A DNA stretch of 64,000 nucleotides, from NCBI GenBank assembly GCA_963803435.1, contig CAWDML010000003.1:544001-608000 (forward strand). Reading direction: 5' to 3'. Numbering within the stretch: the stretch's first letter is position 1; every line of letters begins with the position of its first letter. Positions 20,831 to 32,361 of the stretch are shown in pieces. Made by a program: the position numbers and the translations under genes. The notes beneath the pieces were generated by a model. The model was not told the DNA's origin. It worked only from the letters and a program-made list of their open reading frames with translations, and ran no database searches. The DNA is from an uncultured delta proteobacterium. Lineage in GTDB: Bacteria > Myxococcota > Kuafuiibacteriia > Kuafuiibacteriales > Kuafuiibacteriaceae.

Positions 20831-21769
20831 GTGATGGACCACGAGATCCACCAGTCCGTCCTCCTCGAGGAAGCGGTCGCGGGGCTGATGCCCCGGACCG
20901 ACGGCATCTACCTCGACGCGACCTGCGGCCTCGGCGGACACACCGAGGCCCTCCTCGAGGCCTCCTCACCGGGCGGCCGCGTCCTCGCGATCGATCGCGA
21001 CCCGGCCGCGATCGAGCTGGCGACCGGCCGGCTGTCGCGCTTCGGCGATCGCGTGACGCTGGTCGAGGGCGACTTCTCCGAGCTGCGCATCTACGCGGAG
21101 GCGAGCGATCACTTCCCGGCGGACGGCGTGATCGCCGACCTGGGCGTGTCGTCGCTCCAGCTCGACGATGCCGAGCGCGGCTTCTCGTTCCGGAGCTCGG
21201 GGCCGCTCGACATGCGCATGGGGCCTCGGGTCGGAGCCACCGCTGCCGAGCTCCTGGAGTCGTTCACGATCGAGGAGCTGGCCGCCGTGCTCAGGGAGTT
21301 CGGAGAGATCGCGCGGCCCAAGCACGTGGCCAACGCCATCCTGATCGCGCGCGACGCCGGCAAGCTCAACACGACCGCCGATCTGGCGGAGGTGATCGAT
21401 CTCGTCGGCGGCGGGAAGAAGCCGTCGCAGATCCACCCGGCCACGCGCGCGTTTCAGGCCATCCGTATCGCGGTTAACCGCGAGCTGGAGGAGCTGGCCG
21501 GCCTGCTCCAGGTATTGCCGGAGCTGCTGAGGCCGGGCGGTCGCGCGGCGATCATCTCCTTTCACAGCCTCGAGGATCGCCTGGTGAAGCGCGCCTTCGC
21601 CGATCCCGAGGAGGATCCGGAGTTGGCGAGGCTGCCGATCGAGAAGAAGAGGGGACCGTTCTTCGCGATCACCAAGAAGCCGATCACGCCCTCGTCCGAA
21701 GAGGTGAAGGCGAACCCGCGGTCCCGCAGCGCGAAGCTTCGGCTCGCCGAGCGGAGGAGCGAGGGATGA
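20831..21769 (+). CDS. rsmH: 16S rRNA m4C1402 methyltransferase
   Basis: HQSVLL, DATCGLGGH, DLGVSSLQLD, PLDMRM, HPATRAFQAIRI, SFHSLEDR, NPRSRSAKLR. Confidence 0.96.
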   Translation: MMDHEIHQSVLLEEAVAGLMPRTDGIYLDATCGLGGHTEALLEASSPGGRVLAIDRDPAAIELATGRLSRFGDRVTLVEGDFSELRIYAEASDHFPADGVIADLGVSSLQLDDAERGFSFRSSGPLDMRMGPRVGATAAELLESFTIEELAAVLREFGEIARPKHVANAILIARDAGKLNTTADLAEVIDLVGGGKKPSQIHPATRAFQAIRIAVNRELEELAGLLQVLPELLRPGGRAAIISFHSLEDRLVKRAFADPEEDPELARLPIEKKRGPFFAITKKPITPSSEEVKANPRSRSAKLRLAERRSEG

Positions 21770-22053
21770 GCAAGGTGCGGAGGTTCGAGCTGGGCCCCAT
21801 CGGGACGAGCGTGGCGGTCGCGCTGCCCGTGGTGATGGCCGCGCTGTTCTATGTATGGACCAACGTCACCACGGTGCGCCTCGGCTACCAGCTCTCGGAG
21901 GCGGCCAAGACGCAGCGCGAGCTGAGCGAGGAGAACCGGGGGCTGCGGGTGGAGGTGGCGGCGCTCAAGGCCCCCGATCGGCTCCAGCGCCTGGCGAAGC
22001 TCCAGCTGGGGCTGGCGCCGCCCAAGACCGAACAGGTGATCCAGGTCGAGTAA
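21766..22053 (+). CDS. ftsL: Cell division protein FtsL
   Basis: Single TM, GYQLS, coiled coil; located between rsmH and ftsI. Confidence 0.85.
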   Translation: MSKVRRFELGPIGTSVAVALPVVMAALFYVWTNVTTVRLGYQLSEAAKTQRELSEENRGLRVEVAALKAPDRLQRLAKLQLGLAPPKTEQVIQVE

Positions 22054-22056
22054 CAC

Positions 22057-24327
22057 GTGGCGGCGCGGGTCAAATCGAAGCGGGGCGGACCCGAGCAGCT
22101 GCAGGCGCGGCTCGGGTCGACGACCTCGACGATCCGGCGGGCGCGCCGGCAGGTGAAGCACGAGCGCGCCTCGCGGACCAAGGGACGGACGCGCACGGCG
22201 GTGAAGCGCGCGCCCTCGACGGACGAGCTCCCGGGCCGCTGGCGGATCCGGATCGTCGGCGTCCTGATGCTCGGCTTCGCCTCGGTGGTGCTGGGGCGGG
22301 CGGCGCAGCTGCAGCTGGTGGAGGGCGAGCGCTACGGTGACGCGGCGGAGCGTCAGGCCACCATGTCGTCCCGGCTGCAGGCCAAGCGCGGCGTGATCCA
22401 GGATCGGCACGGCGCTGAGCTCGCGATCACCGTCGACGTCGACACGGTCTTCGCGGAGCCCCGCCGCGTAGAGGATCCCGACGCCGCCGCCCGCGCGCTG
22501 GCCCCGATCCTCTCGATCAACCCGCGCTCGCTCTCGCGCAGGCTCTCGAGCGACCGCGCCTTTACGTACCTCTCCCGCCGGGTCGACGCCTCCACCTCCG
22601 AGAAGGTGCGGCGTCTCGGCCTGCGCGGGATCGGGATCCAGCCCGAACCCAAGCGCTTCTACAGCAACATCGAGCTGGCGGCGCACGTCCTGGGCTTCAC
22701 CGGCTGGGACGGCAAGGGACGCACGGGCATCGAGCGCGCGTTCGACGGCGAGCTCCGCGGCAAGAGCTACGAGGTCCCCAGTCTGCGCGACGCGCTCGGC
22801 AACCAGGTGCTCGCCGACGGCTTCGTCCCGCAGTCGGTGCTCGAAGGCGCGGACGTTCAACTCACGATCGATCGCGAGATCCAACACGCCGCCGAGGAGG
22901 CGCTCGCAGAGGCGGTGCACGCGAACGCCGCCAAGTCCGGCGTCGCGATCGTGCTGGATCCGTACAACGGCGACGTGCTCGCGATGGCGAGCGTCCCCAC
23001 GTACAACCCGAACAACCTCTCCGGGACCAAGCCCGAGGATCGGCTGAACCGGGCGGTGAGCGCGGTCTACGAGCCGGGCTCGACGCTCAAGATGGTGACG
23101 ATCGCGGCGGCCCTGGAGGAAGGCGAGCTGACGCCGAAGAGCACGATCGACTGCGAGGGCGGCAAGTGGAAGGTCGGCGGGCGCACGATCGCGGACGCGG
23201 ATCACGAGTTCGATCGGCTGACCGTCGCCGAGATCATGAAGGTCTCCTCGAACATCTGCGCGGCCAAGATCGGCCTGCAACTGGGGCGCGAGCGGCTGTA
23301 CGGCTGGCTCACCAAGTTCGGCTTCGGGGAGACGACCGGCATCGAGCTACCCGGTGAGCTGCGCGGGCTGGTGCGGCCTTGGAGCGAGTGGCGCGAGATC
23401 GCGCTGGCCAACATCGCCTTCGGGCAGGGCATCGCAGTGACGCCGCTCCAGGTGGCGCAGGCGGCCGCGGTGATCGCGAACGGCGGCGAGCTGGTGCGGC
23501 CGCGCGTGGTCAAGACGATCCGGAGGTCGGGTGTCTCCGAGGTGCCCGAGCGTCCGGAGCGGCGCCGCGTCCTCTCCCGGCAGACTGCAAGCCAGCTTGC
23601 GCGTATGATGATCGAGGTGACGAGGGACGGCGGCACCGCCCCGGCGGCGCAGGTGCCGGGCTTCGCGGTGGCGGGCAAGACGGGGACCGCACAGAAGATC
23701 GATCCGGTCACGCACGCGTACTCGCACGAGCTCCACACGGCCAGCTTCGTCGGCTTCGTGCCGGCGGATCGACCGGAGGTGGTGATCCTGGTCCTCATCG
23801 ACGAGCCGTCCGGCAGCGCGTACTACGGCGGATTGATCGCGGCGCCCGCCTTCAAGTCGATCGCGCTGGCGGCGTTGACCGCGCGGGAGGTCTTCCCGGA
23901 GAACCGGGAGGCGAAGGCGCGGTTCCTCGAGAGCTACCAGGCGGCCCGTGTCGTGAGGACGCCTTCGCCGGTGGCGGCGGTCGAGCCGGGCCCGTCGCAG
24001 GACGGGGAGCTGGCCGACGCCAAGTCGCTGGAATTAGTGGAGGATCTGCAGAATCGGCCCGACCTTCGCCTCGACGATGCCCTTTCGTCTTCGGCGCAGG
24101 CGCTGCTCGGTTTGGAGGTGGCCAAGGTCGCAGGGCCGGCGCCGCGCGGGGACGGGAGGATGCCCGACTTCGCGGGTCTCGAGCTTCACGAAGTGCTAAA
24201 CCGTTCGGCAGAGATCCGCTGCGACCCGGTCGTCGTCGGCACGGGTCGAGTCGTCTCACAGTCGCCGCGTGCGGGATCGAAGATCGACCCGGGCGCCTCG
24301 TGCGAGCTGAGGCTGGCGGACCACTGA
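22057..24327 (+). CDS. ftsI: Peptidoglycan D,D-transpeptidase FtsI (PBP3) with C-terminal PASTA domain
   Basis: RGVIQDR, YEPGSTLK (SxxK), SSN (SxN), GKTGTAQK (KTG), MPDFAGL...VVSQSP PASTA. Confidence 0.93.
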   Translation: MAARVKSKRGGPEQLQARLGSTTSTIRRARRQVKHERASRTKGRTRTAVKRAPSTDELPGRWRIRIVGVLMLGFASVVLGRAAQLQLVEGERYGDAAERQATMSSRLQAKRGVIQDRHGAELAITVDVDTVFAEPRRVEDPDAAARALAPILSINPRSLSRRLSSDRAFTYLSRRVDASTSEKVRRLGLRGIGIQPEPKRFYSNIELAAHVLGFTGWDGKGRTGIERAFDGELRGKSYEVPSLRDALGNQVLADGFVPQSVLEGADVQLTIDREIQHAAEEALAEAVHANAAKSGVAIVLDPYNGDVLAMASVPTYNPNNLSGTKPEDRLNRAVSAVYEPGSTLKMVTIAAALEEGELTPKSTIDCEGGKWKVGGRTIADADHEFDRLTVAEIMKVSSNICAAKIGLQLGRERLYGWLTKFGFGETTGIELPGELRGLVRPWSEWREIALANIAFGQGIAVTPLQVAQAAAVIANGGELVRPRVVKTIRRSGVSEVPERPERRRVLSRQTASQLARMMIEVTRDGGTAPAAQVPGFAVAGKTGTAQKIDPVTHAYSHELHTASFVGFVPADRPEVVILVLIDEPSGSAYYGGLIAAPAFKSIALAALTAREVFPENREAKARFLESYQAARVVRTPSPVAAVEPGPSQDGELADAKSLELVEDLQNRPDLRLDDALSSSAQALLGLEVAKVAGPAPRGDGRMPDFAGLELHEVLNRSAEIRCDPVVVGTGRVVSQSPRAGSKIDPGASCELRLADH

Positions 24328-24339
24328 GTGGGAGCACGA

Positions 24340-26188
24340 ATGAGGTTGGACGAGATCATCCGAGGTATCGCGATCACCGATCGGCGGGGACGCTTCGACG
24401 GCGAGGTCGCGCGTATCACCTGCGACTCCCGGCAGGTCACTTCGGGCGACCTGTTCGTGGCGGTGCGCGGCGGTGCGGCCGACGGACACGACTTCATCGG
24501 GCAGGCGCTCGCCAAGGGCGCCGCGGGGATCCTGGGTGAGAGCTGGCCGAACGAGATGGCGGCGACCAACGGCGAACGCCCCAACGTCGTCCTGGTCCCG
24601 AACTCGCGCCGCGCGCTCGCCCTGACCGCCGCCAACTTCTACGGACAGCCCTCTAAGAAGCTCCACGTCGCCGGCGTCACCGGCACCAACGGCAAGACCA
24701 CGGTCACGTACATCCTCGAGTCGATCGTGAAGGCGACCTCGAAGCGCGTCGGCGTCATCGGCACGGTCGAGTGCCGCTACGCCGGCAAGGTGGAGGCGCT
24801 CGATTTCACCACGCCGGACGCGATCGTGCTCCAGCAGAAGCTGCGCGAGATGCTCGACGCCCGGTGTACGCACGTGGTGATGGAGGTCTCGAGCCACGCG
24901 CTCGAGCAGCAGCGCGTCGCCGGCGTGCACTTCAAGGTCGCGGGCTTCACGAACCTCTCCCAGGATCACCTCGACTACCACGGCTCGCTGGAGGCCTACT
25001 TCGAGGCCAAGGCACGCCTCTTCTCCGAAGCGCTCCGCAAGAGTCGGGCGCGCGGCCGCATGGCGGTCGTCAACATCGACGATCCGCGCGGCCCCGCCAT
25101 CCTGGAGCGATGGGGCGGCAAGTCGCTCCGCGTCTCCATCGATCCCAGCTCCGGCGCCGACGTGGTGGCGCTCGAGGCCACGTACAGCCTCGACGGCATC
25201 AGCGCGGTCGTTCGCACGTCCAAGGGAGTCTGGGAGATCCGCTCCGCGCTGATCGGACAGCACAACCTCTCGAACATCCTGGTGGCGCTGGGCATGGCGC
25301 TGGCGATGGGCATCTCCAAGGCCCGGATCATGCGGGGCCTGGCGGCGCTCGAGCGCGTCCCGGGACGGCTCGAGCGGATCCCGAGCGACGACGGCAAGAA
25401 GAACGTGTTCGTCGACTACGCGCACACCCCGGATGCCCTCACCAAGGTGCTGGCAGCGCTGCGCCCGCTGACGGCCGGCCGCCTGATCGTGGTGTTCGGG
25501 TGCGGCGGCGATCGGGACAAGGCGAAGCGCGCGCTGATGGGCAAGGCCGTCGCGGAAGGCGCGGATCTGGCCATCGTCACCAACGACAACCCCCGCAGCG
25601 AGGATCCCAACCAGATCGCGGCCGCGATCGAGCAGGGGCTCTCGGCCGCCGGCTGGAAGAAGCAGTCCGGCCGGATGGAGCCGATGAGCTATCGCGTCGA
25701 TCTGGATCGGCGCGCCGCGATCCGGACCGGCATCGAGTGGCTCCGTCCCGAGGACGTGCTGGTCGTGGCCGGCAAGGGTCACGAGACCTATCAGATCATC
25801 GGGAGCCGCAAGCTGCGGTTCGACGATCGGGAGGAGGCGCGCCGGATCCTGGCCGGGCTGCCGCCGCCGCCGCCGATGGTGTTCGACGACTCGACTGCCG
25901 AGGTGGAGGCGGGGCAGGTCGAGGAGGTCGAGATCGAGGACAGCCTCGAGATCCTGGCCGAGGAGAATGCGCGTCCGGGCCCGACCACCGAGTCGGTGGA
26001 GCCGCTCGACGTGGTGGAGGCCGTCGATCTCGAGCCCGAGAATCGTCGGCGAGGTGACCGACGAGGACGACGCCGACGACGACGTGCTCGAGGTGATCGA
26101 GGTCGCCGAGGACGCCGACGAGGCCGAGGTGATCGAGGCGACGGAGGTGGTCAAGGACGGACTCCCCGAGGGAGACGGCAAGACTTGA
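24340..26188 (+). CDS. murE: UDP-MurNAc-tripeptide synthetase MurE with acidic tail (apparent +1 frameshift at ~26041)
   Basis: DSR, GVTGTNGKTT, MEVSSH, DHLDYH, VDYAHTPD, DNPR (mDAP-type), AGKGHE. The acidic tail continues in the +1 frame to TGA 26188. Confidence 0.9.
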
Positions 26189-27573
26189 TCGCGCGGGCGT
26201 CCGAGTGGACCTCGCGAGAGGTCGCCGAGGTGGTCGGCGGGGCGCTCACCGGTCCGGAGGACCTGAGGATCGCCGGCATCGCCACGGATACGAGGGACGC
26301 GCTGGCCGGCTGTTTGTTCGTCGCGCTCCGCGGGGAGCGTTTCGACGCCCACGACTTCGTCGAGGGCGCGGTGGCGAAGGGGGCGCGGGCGCTCCTGGTC
26401 GAGCGCGCGGTGGAGGCGCCCTCCGAGCTGGCCGTGATCCGCGTCCCCGACTCGCTCTTCGCGCTCGGGGAGCTGGCCCAGGCGCACCGGAAGCGGATGC
26501 CGGCCCGGCGGGTGGCGCTCACCGGCTCGAACGGGAAGACCTCCACCAAGGAGATGCTGGCCGCGATCCTGGCTGTAGGTCTCCGCACGCTGAAGACCGA
26601 GGGCAACCTCAACAACCTGATCGGGTTGCCGATGACCGTGCTCGGGATCGGGGCCGAGCACGAGGTCGCCGTGATCGAGATGGGCATGAACACGCCGGGC
26701 GAGATCGCGCGCTACACCGAGATCGTGGATCCGGATGTGGGCATGGTGATCAACGTGGGTCCGGCGCACATCGGGATGCTCGGCTCGATGGAGGCGATCG
26801 CGCGCGCCAAGGGGGAGCTCTATCGAGGTCTGCGACCCGACGCGATCGCCGTGGTGAACGCGGACGATCCGCACGTGGTGAAGGCAGTGGAAGAGACCGG
26901 CGCGGAGCGGCGGTTGAGCTTCGGTCGAGGCGACGCGGACGTGAGGCTCCTTTCGGCCGTGGACTGGGGCGACGGCCAGCGGATCGGGGTCGCCGTCGCC
27001 ACCGAGGCGATCGACGTGGAGGTCCCGCTGGCAGGGGCGCACAACGCGCTCAACGCGACGGCGGCGATCGCGGCGGCCCACGCGCTGGGTGCGCCGCTCG
27101 AGTGGGCGATCCAGGGGCTGCCTCGGACCTCGCGGGTGGCGCGGCGGCTGTCGGCGGAGACGGTCGGTCCCTACCTCCTGGTCGACGACTGCTACAACGC
27201 GAACGCCGCCTCGATGACCGCGGCGCTCACGACCGTCGGCGCCCGCGCGGCGCGCGAAGGTCGCCGGCTGGTGGCCCTGCTCGGTGAGATGCGGGAGCTG
27301 GGCGGTTTCTCGGCCGAGCTCCACGCGTCGGTGGGGCGGACCGCGGTCGAGAGCGGTGCAGTCCTGGTGGCGGCCTTCGGACCAGAGGCGCAGCCGATCG
27401 CAGAGGCGGCCGCGACGGCCGGCGTCGACGCGCGGCACGAGGCCGGCGATCTGGAGGCGCTCTTCTCCTGGCTCCGCGATCGGCTCCAGCCGCGGGACGT
27501 CATCCTGGTGAAGGGGTCGCGAGGTATCCGCATGGAGCGATTCATCGAGCGTCTGAAGCAGGAGGTGGAGTGA
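26185..27573 (+). CDS. murF: UDP-MurNAc-pentapeptide synthetase MurF
   Basis: TDTR, FVALRGERFDAHDF, TGSNGKTSTKE, NNLIG, EMGMN, DDCYNAN, LGEMRELG, VKGSRG; TTG 26185 overlaps the corrected murE stop. Confidence 0.92.
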   Translation: MIARASEWTSREVAEVVGGALTGPEDLRIAGIATDTRDALAGCLFVALRGERFDAHDFVEGAVAKGARALLVERAVEAPSELAVIRVPDSLFALGELAQAHRKRMPARRVALTGSNGKTSTKEMLAAILAVGLRTLKTEGNLNNLIGLPMTVLGIGAEHEVAVIEMGMNTPGEIARYTEIVDPDVGMVINVGPAHIGMLGSMEAIARAKGELYRGLRPDAIAVVNADDPHVVKAVEETGAERRLSFGRGDADVRLLSAVDWGDGQRIGVAVATEAIDVEVPLAGAHNALNATAAIAAAHALGAPLEWAIQGLPRTSRVARRLSAETVGPYLLVDDCYNANAASMTAALTTVGARAAREGRRLVALLGEMRELGGFSAELHASVGRTAVESGAVLVAAFGPEAQPIAEAAATAGVDARHEAGDLEALFSWLRDRLQPRDVILVKGSRGIRMERFIERLKQEVE

Positions 27574-28673
27574 TGCTGTACTGGCTGCTCTATCAACAGC
27601 TCGGCATCAACTTCTTCCGGTATCCCTCGACGCGGATCCTGCTGGCGGCGATCTTCGCCCTGCTGTCTTCGATCTACTTCGGCCCGATCTTCATCCGCTG
27701 GCTGCGCAGGATGGCCATCGGACAGGAGGTCCGGCTCGACGGTCCGGAGGCGCACCTCAAGAAGCAGGGCACGCCCACGATGGGCGGGACCTTAATCCTC
27801 TTCTGCGCCACCATCCCGACGCTCCTCTGGGTCCAGCTCGACAACCGCTACGTGTGGTTCGTGATGATCATCCTGCTGGGTTACGGCCTGGTGGGCTTCG
27901 TCGACGACTACCTCAAGGTGGCGCTCAAGAACCCGGACGGGCTGCCCGGGCGCTTCAAGCTGATCGGCCAGCTGGTCTTCGGGCTGATCGCCGTCGGCTA
28001 CCTGTTCTGGGCCACGCCGTACTCCACGAACCTCTCGCTCCCGTTCGTGAAGCCGTCGATCTTCTCCCCCGACATCGGCTGGCTCTACGTCCCCTTCGCG
28101 CTCCTGGTCCTGCTCGCCACCAGCAACGCGGTCAACCTCACCGACGGCCTCGACGGCCTCGCGATCGTGCCCACCGTGATCAGCGGCGCCGTCTTCCTGG
28201 TCCTCGCCTACGCGGCCGGGGCGACGATCTCCGGCTTCAATCTGGCCGCCTACCTCAGGATCCCCGAGACGCCCGGCGCCGAGGAGCTGGCGGTCTTCTG
28301 CGCCGCGTTCTGCGGATCCGGTCTCGGCTTCCTCTGGTACAACGCGCACCCCGCGGAGATGTTCATGGGCGACGTCGGCTCGCTCGCGCTGGGCGGCGCG
28401 CTCGGTGCGCTCGCGATCGTCACCAAGAACGAGTTCGTCAGCGCGATCATCCACGGCGTGTTCGTCGCGGAGATGTTGTCCGTCGTCTTCCAGGTGGGCT
28501 GGTTCCGCTATACGCGGAAGCGGTACGGCGAGGGGCGGCGCATCTTCCGGATGGCGCCGCTTCACCATCACTTCGAGAAGAGCGGGTGGCCGGAGCCCAA
28601 GGTGATCGTCCGCTTCTGGATCCTCTCGGTCCTGCTCGCCATGGCCGGTCTCGCCACCTTGAAGCTTCGCTAG
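27573..28673 (+). CDS. mraY: Phospho-N-acetylmuramoyl-pentapeptide transferase
   Basis: KQGTPTMGG, DDYLK, NAVNLTDGLDGL, FMGDVGS, MAPLHHHFE. Confidence 0.97.
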   Translation: MLYWLLYQQLGINFFRYPSTRILLAAIFALLSSIYFGPIFIRWLRRMAIGQEVRLDGPEAHLKKQGTPTMGGTLILFCATIPTLLWVQLDNRYVWFVMIILLGYGLVGFVDDYLKVALKNPDGLPGRFKLIGQLVFGLIAVGYLFWATPYSTNLSLPFVKPSIFSPDIGWLYVPFALLVLLATSNAVNLTDGLDGLAIVPTVISGAVFLVLAYAAGATISGFNLAAYLRIPETPGAEELAVFCAAFCGSGLGFLWYNAHPAEMFMGDVGSLALGGALGALAIVTKNEFVSAIIHGVFVAEMLSVVFQVGWFRYTRKRYGEGRRIFRMAPLHHHFEKSGWPEPKVIVRFWILSVLLAMAGLATLKLR

Positions 28674-28682
28674 GAGGGATCG

Positions 28683-30101
28683 ATGGAGCGCGTCAGGTCC
28701 CAACCGTTCAGTCCCGCCATGGAGGCCCGCGCGCGCGTGCCCGCGATGCGCGAGCGCCTCGAGAAGGGCGGCCTCGCGGCGGCCGTGGTCGGCTGCGGTA
28801 GGAGCGGGATCGCCGCGATCGAGCTGCTCCTCGCCCGCGGCGCCCGGGTCTCGGTGCTCGACGATCGACCGGTGGCGCTGCCCTCGGGGCTGACCGTCGC
28901 TCCGATCTCGAAGCCCGCCGTCGACGCCGCCGATCTGGTGGTGCTCAGCCCGGGCGTGCCGCGGATCCGGCCCGAGCTGATGGACGCGATCGCGCGGGGA
29001 AAGCTGGTCTCGGAGATCGAGCTCGCCTCCTGGTTCGTGCGCGCGCCGATGGTCGGCGTCACCGGAACCAACGGAAAGTCCACCACGACCGCGCTCGTCG
29101 CCCACCTCCTCGAGCGCGCGGGCAAGCGCGTCTTCGCCGGCGGCAACCTGGGCCGTCCACTCTCGGAGCTCGCCCTCTCCAACGACGACGTCGACGTCGC
29201 GGTGGTCGAGCTCTCCTCGTACCAGCTGGAGTCGATCGTCGAGGCGAGCTTTGCGGTGGCATGCTGGCTCAACCTCACGCCGGATCACGTCGATCGTTAT
29301 CCGGATGTCGCTACGTACGCCGCCGCCAAGCGACGGCTGCTGGAGCGCCGCTCGATCAACGGGATCGCGGTGCTCAACGCGAAGGATCGCTGGTGCTCCG
29401 AGGCCGGCATCCACCTCGGCGGTCCGATCCGCTGGTTCGCCGCCGCCCAGGACTCCGATCTGGCCGGTCCGATGGGGACCCTCGCCACCGGCGACCTGGC
29501 GGTGCGGACGGTCTGGGACGAGCGGGAGCCCTATCGCCTCGACAACCCGGCGCTCCCCGGGATCCACAACCGTGCCAACGCCAGCGCCGCCATCGAGTGT
29601 GCGCGGGCGTTCGACGGTGTCCCGCCCGAGGCCGTCCAGGCGGGGCTCGACTCCTTCGCCGGTCTCCCGCATCGCCTCGAGCGCGTCGCGGTGATCGCGG
29701 GCGTCGAGTGGTACAACGACTCGAAGGCCACCAACGTGGACTCGGCGGTGATCGGCGTGCGTGCGATCGCCGGCCCCAAGGTCCTGATCGCGGGCGGCAA
29801 GGACAAGGGCTCTCCGTGGGCGCCGCTGGTCGAGGCGGCGAAGGAGGGTGGCGTGAAGCTGGTGCTCGCGGTCGGCGCGGCGCTCCCGATCGTCGTCGAG
29901 TCCTTCGCGAAGAGCGGCATCGAGGTGCGGGAGGCCGTCACCCTGGAGCGCGCGATCGCGATGGCGAGCCAGGTGGCGCGGCACGGCGACCGCGTCCTGC
30001 TCTCGCCGGCCTGCGCCTCCTTCGATCAGTTCGAGAACTTCGAGGATCGCGGGGATCAGTTCCGCGCGATGGTCCAGGCGCTGGGAGGAGAGCGGACGTG
30101 A
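28683..30101 (+). CDS. murD: UDP-MurNAc-L-Ala:D-Glu ligase
   Basis: SPGVP, TGTNGKSTTT, GGNLG, ELSSYQL, HRLE, NDSKATN, LLSPACASFDQF. Confidence 0.96.
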   Translation: MERVRSQPFSPAMEARARVPAMRERLEKGGLAAAVVGCGRSGIAAIELLLARGARVSVLDDRPVALPSGLTVAPISKPAVDAADLVVLSPGVPRIRPELMDAIARGKLVSEIELASWFVRAPMVGVTGTNGKSTTTALVAHLLERAGKRVFAGGNLGRPLSELALSNDDVDVAVVELSSYQLESIVEASFAVACWLNLTPDHVDRYPDVATYAAAKRRLLERRSINGIAVLNAKDRWCSEAGIHLGGPIRWFAAAQDSDLAGPMGTLATGDLAVRTVWDEREPYRLDNPALPGIHNRANASAAIECARAFDGVPPEAVQAGLDSFAGLPHRLERVAVIAGVEWYNDSKATNVDSAVIGVRAIAGPKVLIAGGKDKGSPWAPLVEAAKEGGVKLVLAVGAALPIVVESFAKSGIEVREAVTLERAIAMASQVARHGDRVLLSPACASFDQFENFEDRGDQFRAMVQALGGERT

Positions 30102-31269
30102 AGCGCGGCGAAGACGAGAACCGACCCACGATCCTCCCGCTGCCGGAAGGGATCCGCGGCGCCGAGGTGGCGAAGAACGTCGACCCCTGGATCGCGGCCG
30201 CCACCGTCTTCCTCCTCTCGCTGGGGACCGTGCTGGTCTACAGCGCCAGCGCGGTGCGGGCCCAGGCCAGCGGCGACGCCGGCTTGTACCTGGTGAAGCA
30301 CGGCGTTTCGATCGCGATCGGGTTGGTGGCGATGGGGATCGCGATCCGCATGCCGGTCGAGAGGTGGAGCCGGATCGCCTATCCGCTCCTGGGGATCGCG
30401 ATCGCGCTCCTGATCATGCTGCTCGTCCCCGGCGTGGGCCGCCGGGTGAACGGCGCGCTCCGGTGGCTCTCGTTCGGCCCCGTGGGCTTTCAGCCCGGTG
30501 AGCTGGCGAAGCTCGCGATCGTGGTGTACCTCGCGCACTCGCTGGCGAAGAAGCGGGAGAAGGTCTCCTCCTTCTCGATCGGCTTCCTCCCTCACGTCCT
30601 CGTCACCAGTCTGGTGGTGGCGCTCGTCCTGATCGAGCCCGACATCGGTACCAGCGCGGTCATCTACGCGACGCTCGGCGTGATGCTGTTCGCGGGCGGG
30701 ACCAAGATCGGCTACCTGGTGCTGGCCGTCGTCGGCGCGATGCCGGTGGCGTACCACTACGTGATGACGCGCCCGCACGCGTGGGCGCGGATGCTCGTGT
30801 TCCTCAACCCCGAGGCCTTCAAGAAGGACATCGGCTACCAGGTCTGGGAGTCGCTGGTGGCGTTCGGCTCGGGCGGCGGCTTCGGGCTGGGCCTGGGGGC
30901 CGGCCAGCAGAAGCTCTACTTCCTCCCGGAGTCGCACACCGACTTCATCTTCGCGGTCCTGGGGCAGGAGCTCGGCTTCGCCGGCGTGGTGGCGGTCGTG
31001 ATCGCGTTCGCGATCATCATCGCGCGCGGCAGCTGGATCGCGAGCAAGGTGACCTGCCGCTTCCCCATGTTCCTCGCCTTCGGGATCACGACCTGGATCG
31101 GGATGCAGGCGATCACGAACATGGCGGTGGCGATCGCGCTCCTGCCCACCAAGGGGCTCACGCTGCCGCTGGTCTCCTACGGGCGGTCGTCGCTGGTGGT
31201 GACGATGCTGGCCGTTGGCATCCTCCTGCGCATCACCGCCGAGCACCGCCTCCAGGGAGGCCGCGAGCG

Positions 31270-31273
<4 letters not shown>
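30098..31273 (+). CDS. ftsW: Peptidoglycan glycosyltransferase FtsW
   Basis: GTG 30098 overlaps the murD stop; [45 protein letters not shown]. Confidence 0.95.

Positions 31274-32360
<1,087 letters not shown>

Positions 32361-32361
<1 letters not shown>

Noticed and set aside
24328-27573. 1081 aa MurE-MurF fusion ORF
   Set aside because: The linker is the off-frame reading of an acidic tail; a single-base deletion at GAATC restores separate, translationally coupled genes.
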